A stretch of DNA of 64,000 nucleotides from Anaerolineales bacterium (GTDB lineage: Bacteria > Chloroflexota > Anaerolineae > Anaerolineales > UBA4823), in contig DAOQUL010000007.1 of NCBI GenBank assembly GCA_035341015.1, positions 27,599-91,598 on the forward strand. Direction: 5' to 3'. Below the pieces are notes generated by a model. It saw nothing but the letters and a program-made list of their open reading frames with translations, was not told the DNA's origin and searched no databases. The stretch's first letter is position 1. Each line of letters opens with the position of its first letter. Shown here piece by piece: positions 36,731 to 46,193 of this stretch. The position numbers and the translations under genes were made by a program.

Positions 36731-38065
36731 ATGAACAATCAGAAGGCCTCACGTTTTCAGCGTGTGTGGAACAGCATCCGGCAGCCCCTGCGCTGGTTGA
36801 TCCCCGGCTTGGGGATCAAACGGTGGTTGTTGCCTATCTTGCTCGGGATGACCCTCTTGGGGGTTGGTTTTGCAATCCTGATCTTGGATATATACCGTAA
36901 TGTACCCGAAACGTGGTGGCTGCCTTTGATATCGGCGGCCTCGTTGCGCGCCCTTGAACGCCCAACCCGTGTGCTGATCTTCGGCGGGCTGGGGGTGGGG
37001 CTGGTCTTGTTCGGTATCTGGGGCTTAAATCGCTCGATCCTGGCGCCGTTTCGCCGGCCCGGAAAAGGCTTTCTAGATGAATTGGCGGGTCACCGCCGGC
37101 GAGAACGCGGCCCGCGCATCGTTGCCATCGGGGGTGGGCATGGGCAGGCGACATTGCTGCGTGGGCTGAAGCGCTACAGCTATAATATCACCGCTGTCGT
37201 GACGGTTGCCGATGACGGAGGATCTTCGGGTCGGCTGCGGCGTTCATTGGGTATACTGCCTCCAGGGGATATCCGGAACTGCCTGGCTGCGCTTTCAAAC
37301 GACGAGGCTTTGATGGCGCAGTTGTTTCAATATCGTTTTCCCGATGGCGACCATGGCCTGGAGGGCCATTCTTTTGGCAATTTGTTCATCAGCACGTTGA
37401 CGGAGATCACCGGTAGTTTTGAAGAAGCCGTTGCCGAATCTGGGCGTATCCTGGCCGTCCATGGTCGCGTGCTTCCCGCCACCTTGCGAGATGTGCGCCT
37501 GGTGGCCGATGTGGCCCTGCCGCATGTGGCAGGTGAGGTGCGGGTAGAGGGCGAAAGCCGCATACCGGGCTTCCCGGGCGCTGTCCGCCGGGTATGGCTG
37601 GAACCTAGCAATCCGGCAGCTTACCCGCAGGTCATCCAGGCCATCCTGGCAGCAGATTTGATTGTGGTTGGACCGGGCAGCCTGTATACCAGCATCTTGC
37701 CCAATTTGCTGGTGCCAGATATTGCCGCCGCAGTGCGGGCCAGCCGGGCGATGAAGATATTTGTGTGCAATTTAGTAACTGACCCTGGTGAAACAGAAGG
37801 TTTTTCGGTTGGCGATCACGTGCGCGTGATTGAAGAGCATATCAATGATATATCCTTTGATGTGATCTTAGGTAACTCGTGTTTTGAGGGCAGCTTGCCC
37901 GAAGGCATAAGTTGGGTCAAGCCGGCCCCCGACCTGGAGGTCGATTACGCTGTTCACCAGGCTGACCTGGTCGATCCGGATAACCCTGGTAAACACAGCA
38001 CAGAAAAATTGGCCCAAGTGATCATCGATTTGTTCCAAGAACGTACCGGGCCTCTGGTAGAATAG
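36731..38065 (+). CDS. yvcK: YvcK/CofD-like gluconeogenesis-morphogenesis factor with N-terminal TM extension
   Basis: UPF0052 motif IVAIGGGHGQATLLRGLK and VVTVADDGGSSGRLR. About 100 N-terminal residues carry TM helices. Confidence 0.85.
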   Translation: MNNQKASRFQRVWNSIRQPLRWLIPGLGIKRWLLPILLGMTLLGVGFAILILDIYRNVPETWWLPLISAASLRALERPTRVLIFGGLGVGLVLFGIWGLNRSILAPFRRPGKGFLDELAGHRRRERGPRIVAIGGGHGQATLLRGLKRYSYNITAVVTVADDGGSSGRLRRSLGILPPGDIRNCLAALSNDEALMAQLFQYRFPDGDHGLEGHSFGNLFISTLTEITGSFEEAVAESGRILAVHGRVLPATLRDVRLVADVALPHVAGEVRVEGESRIPGFPGAVRRVWLEPSNPAAYPQVIQAILAADLIVVGPGSLYTSILPNLLVPDIAAAVRASRAMKIFVCNLVTDPGETEGFSVGDHVRVIEEHINDISFDVILGNSCFEGSLPEGISWVKPAPDLEVDYAVHQADLVDPDNPGKHSTEKLAQVIIDLFQERTGPLVE

Positions 38066-38159
38066 AGGTTTGGAATGTATTTCCTAAAGTATCGATCGCA
38101 GCGGTTGGGTAATACGATCGCTGTTAAAAACATCTCACTTCAAGTTATGGAGGATTACA

Positions 38160-39215
38160 ATGACAGTTAAAGTAGGTATTAACGGCTTTGGTCGCATTGG
38201 CCGGCAAGTTCTTAAGGCCATCCGGGATTACCATCCTGACACGTTGGAAGTTGTCGCTTTCAATGACATCGGTGACCTGCCTACCATGGCGCACCTGCTG
38301 AAATATGACAGCAACTACGGTCGCTTCGACGGTACGGTTGAAGTGAAGGATGACGGCTTTATGATTGACGGCAAAGCTGTCAAGGCTTTCAAAGAGACCG
38401 ACCCGGCAAACATTCCCTGGGGCAGCCTGGGTGTGGATATCGTGATCGAAAGCACGGGCATCTTCACCATCAAGGATGACGGCGTGAACAAGAAGGGCAA
38501 AACCGTCAAGGGCGCTGCCAACCACATCACCAAAGGTGGCGCTAAGAAGGTCATTATCTCGGCCCCATCTGAGGGTGAAGACCTGACCATCGTCTTGGGC
38601 GTCAACGACGACAAGTACGATTCTGCCAAGCACCACGTGGTCTCCAATGCCTCCTGCACCACCAACGGCCTGGCTCCCGCAGTCAAGGTTGTCAACGACC
38701 TGTTCACGGTCAAGCGCGGCTTTATGGTCACGGTGCATGCCTATACCAATGATCAGAAGATCTTGGACCTGCCCCATAGCGACCTGCGCCGGGCACGTGC
38801 AGCAGCCATGAGCATCATCCCCACCACCACCGGGGCTGCCAAGGCTGTCAAGCTGGTCATCCCCGAACTGGCTGGCAAGCTGGATGGGTACGCGCTGCGC
38901 GTCCCCACCTCGACCGTGTCGGTGATCGACCTGACCGTCGAGCTGGAAAAATCCACCACCACCGACGAACTGCGCCAGTCCTTCCGCGATGCGGCGGCTG
39001 GCCCGCTCAAGGGCATTTTGCAGGCTGTGGACGAACCGCTGGTCAGCATCGACTTCAAGGGCGATCCGCACAGCTCCTCTGTCGACCTGGGCTTCACCTC
39101 GGTGCTTGGCAAGGAAAAGAACAACTTTGCTAAGATCGTTGCCTGGTACGACAATGAATGGGGTTACTCGGTCCGCACGGCTGACCTGGCTGCCCTGATG
39201 GCGAAGTCTTTGTAA
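38160..39215 (+). CDS. gap: glyceraldehyde-3-phosphate dehydrogenase
   Basis: INGFGRIGR and active-site [16 protein letters not shown] upstream. Confidence 0.95.
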   Translation: MTVKVGINGFGRIGRQVLKAIRDYHPDTLEVVAFNDIGDLPTMAHLLKYDSNYGRFDGTVEVKDDGFMIDGKAVKAFKETDPANIPWGSLGVDIVIESTGIFTIKDDGVNKKGKTVKGAANHITKGGAKKVIISAPSEGEDLTIVLGVNDDKYDSAKHHVVSNASCTTNGLAPAVKVVNDLFTVKRGFMVTVHAYTNDQKILDLPHSDLRRARAAAMSIIPTTTGAAKAVKLVIPELAGKLDGYALRVPTSTVSVIDLTVELEKSTTTDELRQSFRDAAAGPLKGILQAVDEPLVSIDFKGDPHSSSVDLGFTSVLGKEKNNFAKIVAWYDNEWGYSVRTADLAALMAKSL

Positions 39216-39232
39216 GATTTCTCAATTTCAAA

Positions 39233-39275
39233 CGCAAAGCGTAATGCCCAGAACGAGAGGGTGTTACGCTTTGCG
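39233..39275 (+). promoter_or_regulatory. gap-pgk intercistronic stem-loop
   Basis: 12-bp perfect stem cgcaaagcgtaa / ttacgctttgcg with a 19-nt loop and no T-tract. Confidence 0.35.
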
Positions 39276-39290
39276 CCATGCGGAGGCATT

Positions 39291-40466
39291 ATGTTCAACA
39301 AAAAATCTGTTCGAGATATCGATGTAAAAGGCAAGCGTGTTTTGGTGCGCGTGGATTACAACGTGCCTGTCAAAGAAGGTAAAGTGGGCGATGATACCCG
39401 CATTCGCGCTGCCATGCCTACCCTGGATTACCTGCTGGAGCATGGTGCAGCCGTGATCCTCTGCTCGCACCTGGGGCGACCCAAAGGCGGCCCCGATCCC
39501 AAGTATTCTCTGCGCCCGGTGGCCGAATACCTGGGCCAGTTGATGGGCAAGCCGGTGGCCTTTGCTGAGGATTGCATTGGGCCCGCCGCCGAAGCTGCTG
39601 CCAAAGCCCTCCAACCGGGCAATGTCTTGCTGCTTGAGAACACCCGCTTCCATCCGGGAGAAGAGAAAAACGACCTGGAGCTGGCCAAGCAAATGGCCTC
39701 TTTGGCTGATATCTACGTCAATGATGCCTTTGGAACGGCGCACCGTGCCCACTCATCGACCGAGGGCGTGGCGCGCTTCTTGCCGGCCGTGGCGGGCTTT
39801 TTGCTTGAGAAAGAAATCAAGTATTTGGGCCAGGCCATTGCTGATCCCAAGCGTCCCTTCGTCGCCATCCTGGGCGGCGCTAAGATCAGTGATAAGATCG
39901 GTGTGATCAAAAACTTGCTGGCCAAAGCCGACCATGTGTTGGTTGGCGGCGGCATGGCCAATACCTTTTTCAAGGCTCAGGGTTATCCAGTGGGTGATTC
40001 GCTGGTAGAGGATGAAGCCCTGGAGACGGCTCGTGAACTGCTCCAGATTGGCGGTACGAAACTGCATTTGCCGGTCGACATGGTGCTGGCTGATAAGTTC
40101 GATGCAGAAGCCCAGAGCAAAACCCTGCCTGCCGGGCCTGTGGCGGACGGCTGGCGTATCTTGGATATCGGCCCAGAGACGGTAGCGAGCTACAGCAAAG
40201 TGATTGCTGAGGCTGGCACCGTGGTTTGGAACGGCCCAATGGGTGTATTCGAATTGGCGCCTTTTGCTGTGGGTACGTTTGGCGTTGCCAAAGCGGTTGC
40301 CAACAGCAGTGCAGTATCCATCATCGGCGGCGGCGAGTCTGTGGCTGCCATCCAGCAGTCGGGGTTGGCAGATAAGATCACCCACATCTCTACTGGCGGC
40401 GGCGCCTCCTTAGAAATGCTGGAAGGCCTGGTTCTGCCCGGCCTGGCTGCCCTGCAGGATAAGTAA
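39291..40466 (+). CDS. pgk: phosphoglycerate kinase
   Basis: RVDYNVP and [11 protein letters not shown] motifs. Start at the ATG at 39291, preceded by GGAGG. Confidence 0.95.
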   Translation: MFNKKSVRDIDVKGKRVLVRVDYNVPVKEGKVGDDTRIRAAMPTLDYLLEHGAAVILCSHLGRPKGGPDPKYSLRPVAEYLGQLMGKPVAFAEDCIGPAAEAAAKALQPGNVLLLENTRFHPGEEKNDLELAKQMASLADIYVNDAFGTAHRAHSSTEGVARFLPAVAGFLLEKEIKYLGQAIADPKRPFVAILGGAKISDKIGVIKNLLAKADHVLVGGGMANTFFKAQGYPVGDSLVEDEALETARELLQIGGTKLHLPVDMVLADKFDAEAQSKTLPAGPVADGWRILDIGPETVASYSKVIAEAGTVVWNGPMGVFELAPFAVGTFGVAKAVANSSAVSIIGGGESVAAIQQSGLADKITHISTGGGASLEMLEGLVLPGLAALQDK

Positions 40467-40476
40467 ACAAAAACCC

Positions 40477-40519
40477 AATCAGCATGATGGGGCTGATCAC
40501 CGGCTCCATCATGCTGATT
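40477..40519 (+). promoter_or_regulatory. pgk-kinase intercistronic stem-loop
   Basis: 14-bp perfect stem aatcagcatgatgg / ccatcatgctgatt with a 15-nt loop and no T-tract. Confidence 0.35.
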
Positions 40520-40554
40520 GATTGCCTGTTTGGCAAAGAACAGGAGCTTGGTAA

Positions 40555-42417
40555 ATGCCGTTTGTTGTAGGCGAGACGATTGGTCCCTACCAGGTGCTGG
40601 AACAACTGGGCCAGGGTGGCATGGCTACGGTCTTCAAGGCCTATCACCCCTCGCTTGATCGTTACGTGGCGATCAAGGCTTTGCATCCAGCCTTCATGGA
40701 AGACCCAAATTTTCTGGCGCGTTTCCAGCGCGAGGCGCGCGTGGTTGCCAGGCTGGAACATCCGCATATTGTCCCGATTTACGACTTTGCTGAACACCAG
40801 GGCCGGCCCTACCTGGTGATGAAATACGTGGAAGGCGAAACCCTGAAAGCCCGTCTGAGCCGGGGAAAGCTCGACTGGGCTGAGGTGGTGCGCGTGACCG
40901 AGTCTGTGGGGGCTGCCTTGTCTTACGCCCACCGTGCCGGCATCTTGCACCGCGACATCAAACCGTCCAATGTGCTGCTCACCAAAGATGGTCAAATTTA
41001 CCTGGCAGATTTCGGTCTGGCGCGCATCGCTGCCGCCGGCGAATCTACGTTATCTTCAGATATGTTGGTGGGCACGCCTCAATATATCTCGCCAGAGCAA
41101 GCCAGGGGCAACCGCAACCTGGATGAGGGCACTGACATTTATTCTTTTGGCGTGTTGTTGTATGAGCTGGTGGTAGGCCGTGTGCCCTTTACAGCCGATA
41201 CGCCTTATTCCATCATTCATGATCATATCTACTCGCCTTTGCCCCCGCCTCGCTCCGTCAATCCGAACGTGCCCCAGGCCGTCGAGCGTGTCTTGCTTAA
41301 GGCCTTAGCCAAAGAACGTTCGGATCGGTTTGACACGGTTGCGACTTTGGTCGAATCTTTCAGCGGTGCGCTGACTGCCGAGTTGAGTGCTGCCGATACG
41401 GCTGCTATCCCTCCGACAAAGCCTGTTGTGAGGGCTGTGGTGGACCGTCCAATCTCCATCTCTACCAGTGAAACGCTGACCGTCGGTGCGCTACAGAAGC
41501 CGATCCCTTATCCTCAGGTTGATTCGGCTGCCGTACAACCTCCGCCTCTTCAACCGCTTCCCTTGCCGGTTGCACCCCAACCCGAAGCCCCCTTGCCGCC
41601 GCTCCAATCGCCCGTTCTCCCAGATGCCGCCTCATCCCCCGCCGCACCAGTTGTTTCACAGCGCAGGCGGCGGCGCGGCTGGTGGAAAGTGGCCTTACCG
41701 GCGGCTTTAGCACTCTTTTGCTTATGCGTCTTTATGGCCATCTGGGCGGATAGTTCTGGCGAAGTGGTGGTCGGCGTAGAACTGCCACCGCCGCCAGAGC
41801 TCAACGCGGTGGACGCGGCCCGCCAGTTTGTTGACTTGAATCCGCAAGACCCACAAGCCCATTACAATTTGGCGATGGCCCTTGCAGATGATGGGCAGGA
41901 TGTCGCTGCCATGGGGGAGTACCAGCAGGCACTTGACCTGGCTGGCGATCATTACGACTTCTACATGAACGTGGGCCGCGACCTATCTGGTCGTGGGCTT
42001 TGGCCCCAGGCCGCTATGGCGTATTTGCGCCTGGCCCAGCTTCATCCGGCCCCATTGCCCCCAGAGATGGGGAATGCCCTGCACGAAAGCTTATACGAGG
42101 CTGCTGCCTCCCCAGATTTCTTGAACATCATTTCGTTAGATGAGCTTACCGCCTATGACAACACCCTGGGCGGTGTCATGCGCGCCCGCTACGACCTGTT
42201 CAACGAAGGACCGGTTCGAGCCCAGGGGCGCATTGGTGTGATCCTGGAGCGCAACTCAGAAAACCTGGATGCGCGCCTGGTCCAGGCAGAGATTTTTATC
42301 CATACGGGTGCCATCGACCGGGCCCGGGCAGTCTTGGATGGCTTGCTGCGTGAAGAGACCCTGCCCGATTGGATCCGCGTGCGTGCCCAATCCTTTTTTG
42401 ATCAAACTCAACCTTGA
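40555..42417 (+). CDS. Hanks-type Ser/Thr protein kinase with TM helix and extracytoplasmic TPR-like domain
   Basis: VAIKAL, HRDIKPSNVLL and DFGLAR motifs. Pro/Gln-rich linker, TM WWKVALPAALALFCLCVFMAIWA, and C-terminal TPR-like repeats. Confidence 0.9.
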   Translation: MPFVVGETIGPYQVLEQLGQGGMATVFKAYHPSLDRYVAIKALHPAFMEDPNFLARFQREARVVARLEHPHIVPIYDFAEHQGRPYLVMKYVEGETLKARLSRGKLDWAEVVRVTESVGAALSYAHRAGILHRDIKPSNVLLTKDGQIYLADFGLARIAAAGESTLSSDMLVGTPQYISPEQARGNRNLDEGTDIYSFGVLLYELVVGRVPFTADTPYSIIHDHIYSPLPPPRSVNPNVPQAVERVLLKALAKERSDRFDTVATLVESFSGALTAELSAADTAAIPPTKPVVRAVVDRPISISTSETLTVGALQKPIPYPQVDSAAVQPPPLQPLPLPVAPQPEAPLPPLQSPVLPDAASSPAAPVVSQRRRRRGWWKVALPAALALFCLCVFMAIWADSSGEVVVGVELPPPPELNAVDAARQFVDLNPQDPQAHYNLAMALADDGQDVAAMGEYQQALDLAGDHYDFYMNVGRDLSGRGLWPQAAMAYLRLAQLHPAPLPPEMGNALHESLYEAAASPDFLNIISLDELTAYDNTLGGVMRARYDLFNEGPVRAQGRIGVILERNSENLDARLVQAEIFIHTGAIDRARAVLDGLLREETLPDWIRVRAQSFFDQTQP

Positions 42418-42425
42418 GGTGTATT

Positions 42426-43184
<759 letters not shown>

Positions 43185-43223
43185 CGGCGCCATAGCGAGG
43201 TAAACATTCCTCCGCTGGATGGC

Positions 43224-43961
43224 TTGCTCTGGCTGCTGCTCTTGTTGTGGCCGCTGCTCTTTTTACAGCGTGCCCTGCACCGAGAGATCCAGATCGTCTT
43301 CTTGCTGTTCACCCGGCAGGCTGAAATTGCCATTGCTTTGTTCTCGGTTTTGTTCTTGCCGGGCGTCTTGCTGCACGAGCTCAGCCATTACCTCATGGCG
43401 CTCTTGTTGAACGTGCCCATTGGCCGTTTTTCGCTCATCCCGCAGACCATGGACGATGGCCGTTTGCAGCTAGGCTTCATCGAGACCGCCCCAACCGACT
43501 TCTTCCGCGATGCCCTCATCGGCGCGGCACCTTTGTTGGCTGGCGGCGGGTTTGTGGCTTATGCGGGCCTGGCTCGCCTGGGGCTGGGCTCGCTGTGGGA
43601 GGCCCTGGTAAGCGGCAGCCTGGAAGCCTTTGGCGCTGCCCTGGGCAGCCTGCCCGATCAGCCTGACTTTTGGCTGTGGTTTTACCTGGCCTTTGCCGTC
43701 GGCAGCACCATGCTGCCTTCCGAATCTGACCGGCGGGCCTGGAGACCGGTCGGATTGGTGCTTGCAGGTTTGTTGGTCATCAGCCTGCTCTCGGGCCTGG
43801 GTCCGTGGATGCTCGAGAACCTGGCTGCTCCCTTGAACAGCGGCTTGCGCACGGTGGATGTGGTGCTGGGCATCAATGCCCTGCTGCACCTGGTGCTCTT
43901 GCCGCCCACATGGCTCTTGCATCGTTTGCTGAACCGCCTGACAGGCTTTGATGCTGCCTGA
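43224..43961 (+). CDS. polytopic membrane protein with HExxH motif (site-2-protease/M50-like)
   Basis: HELSHYL lies within or next to a TM helix, with 5-6 hydrophobic segments. TTG start at 43224 (CTG at 43215 also possible). Confidence 0.55.
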   Translation: MLWLLLLLWPLLFLQRALHREIQIVFLLFTRQAEIAIALFSVLFLPGVLLHELSHYLMALLLNVPIGRFSLIPQTMDDGRLQLGFIETAPTDFFRDALIGAAPLLAGGGFVAYAGLARLGLGSLWEALVSGSLEAFGAALGSLPDQPDFWLWFYLAFAVGSTMLPSESDRRAWRPVGLVLAGLLVISLLSGLGPWMLENLAAPLNSGLRTVDVVLGINALLHLVLLPPTWLLHRLLNRLTGFDAA

Positions 43962-44021
43962 CACACTCCCTGGCCGCGCCTGGGTTGGGACATGAATGGG
44001 ACAATTTTCGTTCCGCGTTTG

Positions 44022-44030
44022 TGATAGAAT
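44022..44030 (+). promoter_or_regulatory. extended -10 (TGaTAGAAT) heading the glycan locus
   Basis: TG at 44022-44023 and TAGAAT at 44025-44030. About 100 nt of leader precede the ATG at 44139, including a weak A/U-rich hairpin (44092-44116) followed by ttt. Confidence 0.35.
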
Positions 44031-44138
44031 GCTCATGTTGTTGTGAAATAACCGCGAAACGAATACTTCTGTATAGCTTTTCGGAGAGGTGAGAAAACCC
44101 ACGAGAAGGTTTTTCTTTAACCTCAACCAGGAGAAAAA

Positions 44139-44376
44139 CATGAGCGACCACCGGATCATTCCCGGCACCTCCGTGCCAGGCAGCGACCTGCCTGAAACAC
44201 GCTTCCTCACCCCTCGCCAGGTCGCGATGATCGATGAAGCCCTCAGCTCGCTGGGCGATTTTGGCGAGCTGCGCCTGATGGTCGAAAAGGGCCGCCTGCG
44301 CTTTTTGGTGACCCATCAAAGCTTTGACGCCCTGAAATGGCAGCCGGGCGCTATCAGCGGAAGTAAAGCCAAATAG
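44139..44376 (+). CDS. small YezD/DUF2292-like protein
   Basis: 78 aa. IDEALSSLGDFGELRLMVEKGRLRFLV resembles the YezD pattern. AGGAG RBS 6 nt upstream of the ATG at 44139. Confidence 0.45.
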
Positions 44377-44384
44377 GATTCATC

Positions 44385-44897
44385 ATGCCCTTGCAGTGGT
44401 ACGCGCTGCGCAGTAAACCCCGTAAAGAGAACGTGCTCTGGCGTCAAGCCCAAGAGCATGGCTTTGAAGTCTTTTACCCCCGCCTGCGCGTCAACCCGGT
44501 CAACCCTCGTTCCCAAAAGATCAAGCCTTACTTCCCCGGCTACATGTTCGTGCGCGCCGATGTCGAATCTGCCGGCCTTTCCACCTTCCAATGGATGCCG
44601 CATTCCACTGGCCTGGTCTGTTTTGGCGGCGAACCCTCCGTGGTGCCCGAGAACCTCATCCACGCCATCCGCCGCCGGGTCGAAGAGATTGCCCAGGCCG
44701 GGGGCGAGGTGTTCGACGGCTTGAAGCCCGGCGATGTCATCCAGATCAGTTACGGCCCCTTCGAGGGCTACGAAGCAATTTTTGATGCCCGCCTGCCCGG
44801 CAGCGCCCGGGTGCGCGTCTTGTTACAGTTGTTGAGCGAGCGGCGCGTGCCGCTCGAGCTGGATGTCTCGCACATCCAGCAGAAAAAGCGTCCCTGA
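44385..44897 (+). CDS. NusG-paralog transcription antiterminator (RfaH/UpxY/LoaP-like)
   Basis: NGN start WYALRSKPRKE...YFPGYMFV and a KOW-like GDVIQISYGPFEGYEAIF. Positioned at the head of a polysaccharide locus. Confidence 0.8.
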   Translation: MPLQWYALRSKPRKENVLWRQAQEHGFEVFYPRLRVNPVNPRSQKIKPYFPGYMFVRADVESAGLSTFQWMPHSTGLVCFGGEPSVVPENLIHAIRRRVEEIAQAGGEVFDGLKPGDVIQISYGPFEGYEAIFDARLPGSARVRVLLQLLSERRVPLELDVSHIQQKKRP

Positions 44898-45008
44898 TTT
44901 GGCACGGCGAGTGTGAATTTTGGGGCGCGACATAGTTGTTCCTCCTGTCCGATGGCTTGATCCTGTCGGAAGGGCGGAGCACACCCGCTTTCCGAAAGTA
45001 GCCCCTCG

Positions 45009-46193
45009 TTGGATATCCCCATTGCCCAGCGGTCAGCCCCGCACATCTTAAGCAGCCTGTGCCAGGCATTGTTGGCCCGGGCCGGCAGCCCCATCCCGCC
45101 CCTTTGCCCCAAAGACTGGGCTGCCGCCGTGCACCTGGCCCAGGCTGAGCGCGTGGCCCCCCTCCTGTACTGGTCTTGCCAGCAGGCCGGCTGGCCCGCA
45201 GAGTTCCCCGCCGATGCCCGCCAGGAGCTGACCCGGCAGTATTACGCCACCGCCGCCCGCAATGCCCTGCTCTTCCAAGAGCTGGAGCGCATCCTGGCCG
45301 CCTTCTCAGAGACCGCCATCCCCGTCATCGTGCTCAAAGGCGCCGCCCTCGCCACCACCCTTTACCCCAGCATCGGCCTGCGCCCCATGGCTGACCTGGA
45401 CCTGCTGGTCCCACAGGCGGATATGGAAAGGGCGCTGCAGATCGCCAGAGAGCGGCTCGGTTACCGGGAGCCTCGCATGGACGAAGCCCCGCACTTGAAC
45501 CGCCTGGTGGATTATCACGTCCACCTGGTGAGCGGGGCAGCGCAGCCCCTGGTATTGGAACTGCACTGGAACCTGGTCGCCAGCCACGCAAGCTGGTACG
45601 CCGCCCCGGTGGAGTGGTTCTGGCAGCACAGCCAGCCCCTGCCCGCCGCCCCCCAGGCCCGCATGCTGGCCCCCGAGGCCCAACTGCTCTACCTCGCCGC
45701 CCACGCCGTCCTCCAGCACGGCGCCAGCGAGACCCGCCTGCTGTGGATCTACGACATCCACGCCCTGGCCGGCCAGCCCGGCCTGGATTGGGATGGCTTG
45801 CTGGAGCAGGCGCGGGCCTTGCGTTGGTCGGCCGTGCTCCTGCAAGCCTTGAAGCAGGCCCAAGCTTGCTTCGCCACGCCCCTGCCAGGTGGCCTGCTGG
45901 AGCGCCTGGAGGCCCAATCCGAAGCCCGCCTGGCGCGCGTGGTGGCCCTCAAGACCAAATTCCCCCCCGTGCGCCTGCTGTATAACTGGTACACCCTCGC
46001 CGCCCTCAATGGGCCCGCCCGCCTGCGCTTTATCGGCGCGCTGCTCTTCCCCAGCCAGGCTTATATCGCCTGGCGCTACCGCCCGCACCCCGCCTGGACC
46101 TGGCCCCTCTATTACCCCTACCGCTGGGTCATCATGATTTGGGAAAGCCTGCTCACCCTGGGCCAGGGCCTGAAACGCCTCATTACCTCATGA
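45009..46193 (+). CDS. NTP_transf_5-type uncharacterised nucleotidyltransferase-family protein
   Basis: MADLDLLV and LELHWNL motifs. Uncertain TTG start. Its stop overlaps the next ATG (ATGA). Confidence 0.65.
   Translation: MDIPIAQRSAPHILSSLCQALLARAGSPIPPLCPKDWAAAVHLAQAERVAPLLYWSCQQAGWPAEFPADARQELTRQYYATAARNALLFQELERILAAFSETAIPVIVLKGAALATTLYPSIGLRPMADLDLLVPQADMERALQIARERLGYREPRMDEAPHLNRLVDYHVHLVSGAAQPLVLELHWNLVASHASWYAAPVEWFWQHSQPLPAAPQARMLAPEAQLLYLAAHAVLQHGASETRLLWIYDIHALAGQPGLDWDGLLEQARALRWSAVLLQALKQAQACFATPLPGGLLERLEAQSEARLARVVALKTKFPPVRLLYNWYTLAALNGPARLRFIGALLFPSQAYIAWRYRPHPAWTWPLYYPYRWVIMIWESLLTLGQGLKRLITS

Noticed and set aside
38145-39071. A 308-aa ORF antisense to gap. Similar antisense ORFs lie over E2 (15005-15937), pnp (10168-10776, 11404-11997) and pgk (39753-40385).
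   Set aside because: Each is opposite a highly conserved housekeeping gene with signature motifs, and none has a motif of its own. I treat them as spurious.
43219-43410. A Cys-rich 63-aa ORF (MACSGCCSCCGRCSF...) that looks superficially like a RiPP or Cys-rich peptide precursor.
   Set aside because: It is the +1-shifted reading of the CTG/CTC-rich Leu codons of the HExxH membrane protein (LLWLLLLLWPLLFL). No RBS or separate context supports it.
44973-44984. ggcggagcacac between the NusG paralog and the next gene, resembling the RfaH ops element GGCGGTAGCGTG.
   Set aside because: Only the first five or six bases match, and recruitment sites for non-enterobacterial NusG paralogs are not known to resemble ops. 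Without comparative data this is too weak to call.
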